NCBI GenBank assembly: GCA_963717525.1
Contig: OY970343.1
Location: 1,824,001 to 1,888,000, forward strand
Source: an uncultured Methanoregulaceae archaeon
Lineage (GTDB): Archaea > Halobacteriota > Methanomicrobia > Methanomicrobiales > Methanospirillaceae
DNA: 64,000 bases
Reading direction: 5' to 3'
Shown: one piece after another, positions 61,098-64,000 of the stretch
Layout of the letters: the number at the start of each line of letters is the position of its first letter
Numbering within the stretch: the stretch's first letter is position 1
Position numbers and translations under genes: made by a program
The notes under the pieces: model-generated
What the model was told of the DNA's origin: nothing
Seen by the model: only the letters and a program-made list of their open reading frames with translations
The model's database searches: none

Positions 61098-64000
61098 ATG
61101 CGTGTTCATCTTATTTTGATTGCACTGATTGGACTCCTCCTGCTGGCGGGTGCAGGAAGTGCCGCATTGATACCGGACCAGAATTCGATACTTGTCAGCA
61201 GTAATGACTGGGTCGTGGTAAACCACCAGTCAACTATCAGCGTCTTTGCATATAATTCAACAAGCTTAACCCCGGTTCCCGGTGCCACCGTTACTATGGT
61301 GCTGACCAACTCGACGACGTTCGGATCGCTGACGATGAATAATGGTACCACGGATGGAAACGGGCAGGCGACCGCGACTTTTTCTGCGGGAACCAAAACC
61401 GGCGCGGTCAATATCACGGCAACAATAACCTATAATGACGGCGGAAATATCATCACCGTAACCAATGTTTATACCCAGAAGATCGATCATGACGTTGCAC
61501 AGAATGCAGCGTTTGACTTCCAGAATGAAGTGACTGTAGGGACGGAGACACCCTTCAACATCAGCTTTACCGATCAGTATGGTAACCCCATTGACAACCG
61601 GAACCCCATTGACCCCCACACTATAACGCTCTGGATATCAGGCCCCGGCACCATGGCAGACTTCAATATCAGCGGGAGTTATGTCCAGCAATCGCCGTTC
61701 CTGCTGGATGCAAACGGGAACATCTCGGTCAGTGTACGTACGGATACCATGCCGGGCGAGAACATGGTCCTTCTCTATCCTTTCCAGAATGTCGGCCAGC
61801 CGTTGGGTATTTATCAGTTTATCTATGGTATAAATGATGGTGTTCCGTATTCCATAGCTGAGTCAATTACCCCCTCAACGTTAACCCAGCCGGCGGACAA
61901 CAATCCACTTCACGTGTTTGCTATCACCGACACACTCTACGATAAATACGGAAACCCCACCGAAAACCAAGGCATTTTTGTGCAGTCCAACTGGGCCGGG
62001 GATCCTTCGGCGAACCTGACGACTAACCCCTTTGGCCAAGTGGTCTACACTTATGGCCCGCACAGCGCCTCAGGGTATGTAGTCCTGACGGCGACCGCCA
62101 TTTCAAATACATCGGTCAGCACGTCCAAAACGGTCCAGTTCTACAACACTGCCCCGGTGAATATGATATTCTCGGCAACGCCTCAGGTGATGCCAAGCCT
62201 CGATGCCAAGCCCGGCCAGACAGCTCAGCTTGTCGCAAAAGTCATGGATATGATGGGAAACCCGGTGCCCAACCAGACCGTAACGTTCAGTATGGGAGCA
62301 CCAACGTATACCTACCCAAACAGGCTCGATCAGCGGACCAATGCTCCAGAACACATCGGCGATCACCGATGTGAATGGTACCGCCATCGTTAACTTTGTG
62401 CCCGGAACATTCGACACGAATAAGGGAAACGTCAGTTACGACCCCACGGATACCGGCTATGTCACCGTGGCGGCAACCTGGAACACGATCAACCAGCCAA
62501 TCCAGCTGAGCTGGAAGAACTATCCCTACCTGAGCGAGCAGACCACGATCACTCCCCAGAACGTGAATGTAAACGGGATCTTCTCTGTCACGATAAGCCT
62601 CACGGCGGATGGTTGGAATCTGACCGGGACTCCTGCGGATGTTGTTATTGTTACCGATCTTGCCGGGGGTATCGGTGGGGCGGGACGACTGGCAAACACC
62701 AAAGCCTCGGAGGCCGGATTTATAAAGAATGCAACCGATAATACTTATATCTCTCTCGTGTCCTTCGGGGATAGTCCCACCCCAACCGGTCCCCCCTATG
62801 CCTCGGCTGATACGATTGCCCTCTGGAATCTCCAGCTGGCAAATACCTCTCATAAATTAACGCCATTCAATCCCTATGGCAATGTGTGGGACTTTAATCT
62901 GGTCAATCCTACCAACTGGAATAGCATTGTTAGTACAAGCACAGATTGTTTTGTATACGGTATAGGAAGCGGACATGCCTGCACCAATGCCACAAACCCG
63001 ATGAGCTACCAATATCTGAACCCAGGGTCAGATGCACAGATCGATACAGACCTGATGAACGCAGGACCTACCTATCCTGCGAATCAGGGGGCGCTTACCG
63101 GTATTGTCAATGGATATACAAGTTATATGAATTACGGAGGGACGGATTACGCAGCGGGGATCAATGCAGCGATCAAGGAGCTCAATTCCAAAGGCAACCC
63201 AACCCATAACCAGACCATCATTCTTATGGGGGACGGTATCAACATGATGGCCCCGATAGCTCCCGGGTCCCTCGAATCGTACTGGCCCTCTGACTGGAAT
63301 CCCCGGAACGGGACCGGTACTTCCGAAGGCCCCCAGCTTTGGTGGTTTGATGAGAGCGATATCGGAAAGGCTGCCAGTGTTGATGCAGCGAACCGGGCAA
63401 AGAGTCAGGGGATCACTATCTATGGCATCGGCTTCCCGGATGCTGACCTTTCCGGCCACAACAATATCTCGGATATGGCCTTTTTCGGCAGCATGGTATC
63501 CGCGCCGAGTACCCTTGTATTTCGCCCCTGATCCAACCACAATGACAGGCATATTCCAGATAATCGAGGGCGAGATCCAGAATACGGCGGGTGTGAACAC
63601 CACCATGAATCTGAACATGCAGAATGTCGCCGTGACCTACAACAATGTCACCAATATGACACCGGGTAACCAGACGTTCAATTACATATACGATCCCCTC
63701 GCGTCTACCATTATCACAGACCAGAACGGGAATACATACGTTATCAACCAGACCGATGATTGGATTCAGAACCAGACACTGTCATTCGATATCGGAAAGA
63801 TGACCGTCGGACAAACATGGAGTGCCACATTCGAGCTGCAGCTCCTGCTACCGGGCTCGATGAATCTTCCTGGAAACCAGTCGACCATCTGCTTTAATAC
63901 CGGAGAGTGCATGCAGCCCAATGGGGGCTCTATTAATGGGGTATATAATTACACCAATACCGGTTTTAACATGCCGGCAATCACTATCACCGATCTCCAA
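61098..64000 (+). CDS. Large secreted Ig-like (Big_1) + vWA surface protein, partial; two apparent +1 frameshifts (~62320, ~63513)
   Basis: Sec signal; repeated D.(Y/M)GNP / TD.NG.A Ig motifs; vWA elements GGTDYAAGI, IILMGDG, IYGIGF; continues off the window. Confidence 0.8.

Overview
Archaeal chromosome segment, most consistent with a Methanoregula-like methanogen (Methanomicrobiales; inferred from gene content). It is mostly housekeeping: ribL/ribB/ribK, a 2-oxoacid:ferredoxin oxidoreductase operon, two thermosome paralogs, tiaS, deoxyhypusine synthase-pyrF, RPA, mevalonate genes, bacterial-type lon, aIF-1A, trm5 and hisG. There are three accessory regions. (1) A complete 3,963-bp IS6-family transposon (10962-14924; 8-bp TSD TCTTAAAA; bipartite inverted repeats) sits just upstream of the thermosome promoter. 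It carries a proteasome-beta/Ntn-hydrolase-like gene, a small AbrB-like gene missed by the ORF track with five 12-bp operator-like repeats, and a membrane protein. (2) A type IIG restriction-modification gene has an AT-rich specificity domain, a DUF6978/DUF1828-DUF1829-like gene pair downstream, and an orphan copy of its own 3' end. (3) A cluster of class III signal-peptide (pilin-like) genes precedes a large Ig/vWA surface protein. About ten frameshifts break otherwise intact genes, and eight lie at or next to GTAC. They are probably methylation-linked sequencing errors rather than pseudogenes. No rRNA, tRNA or CRISPR array was recognised. Family names come from motif recognition, not database searches.
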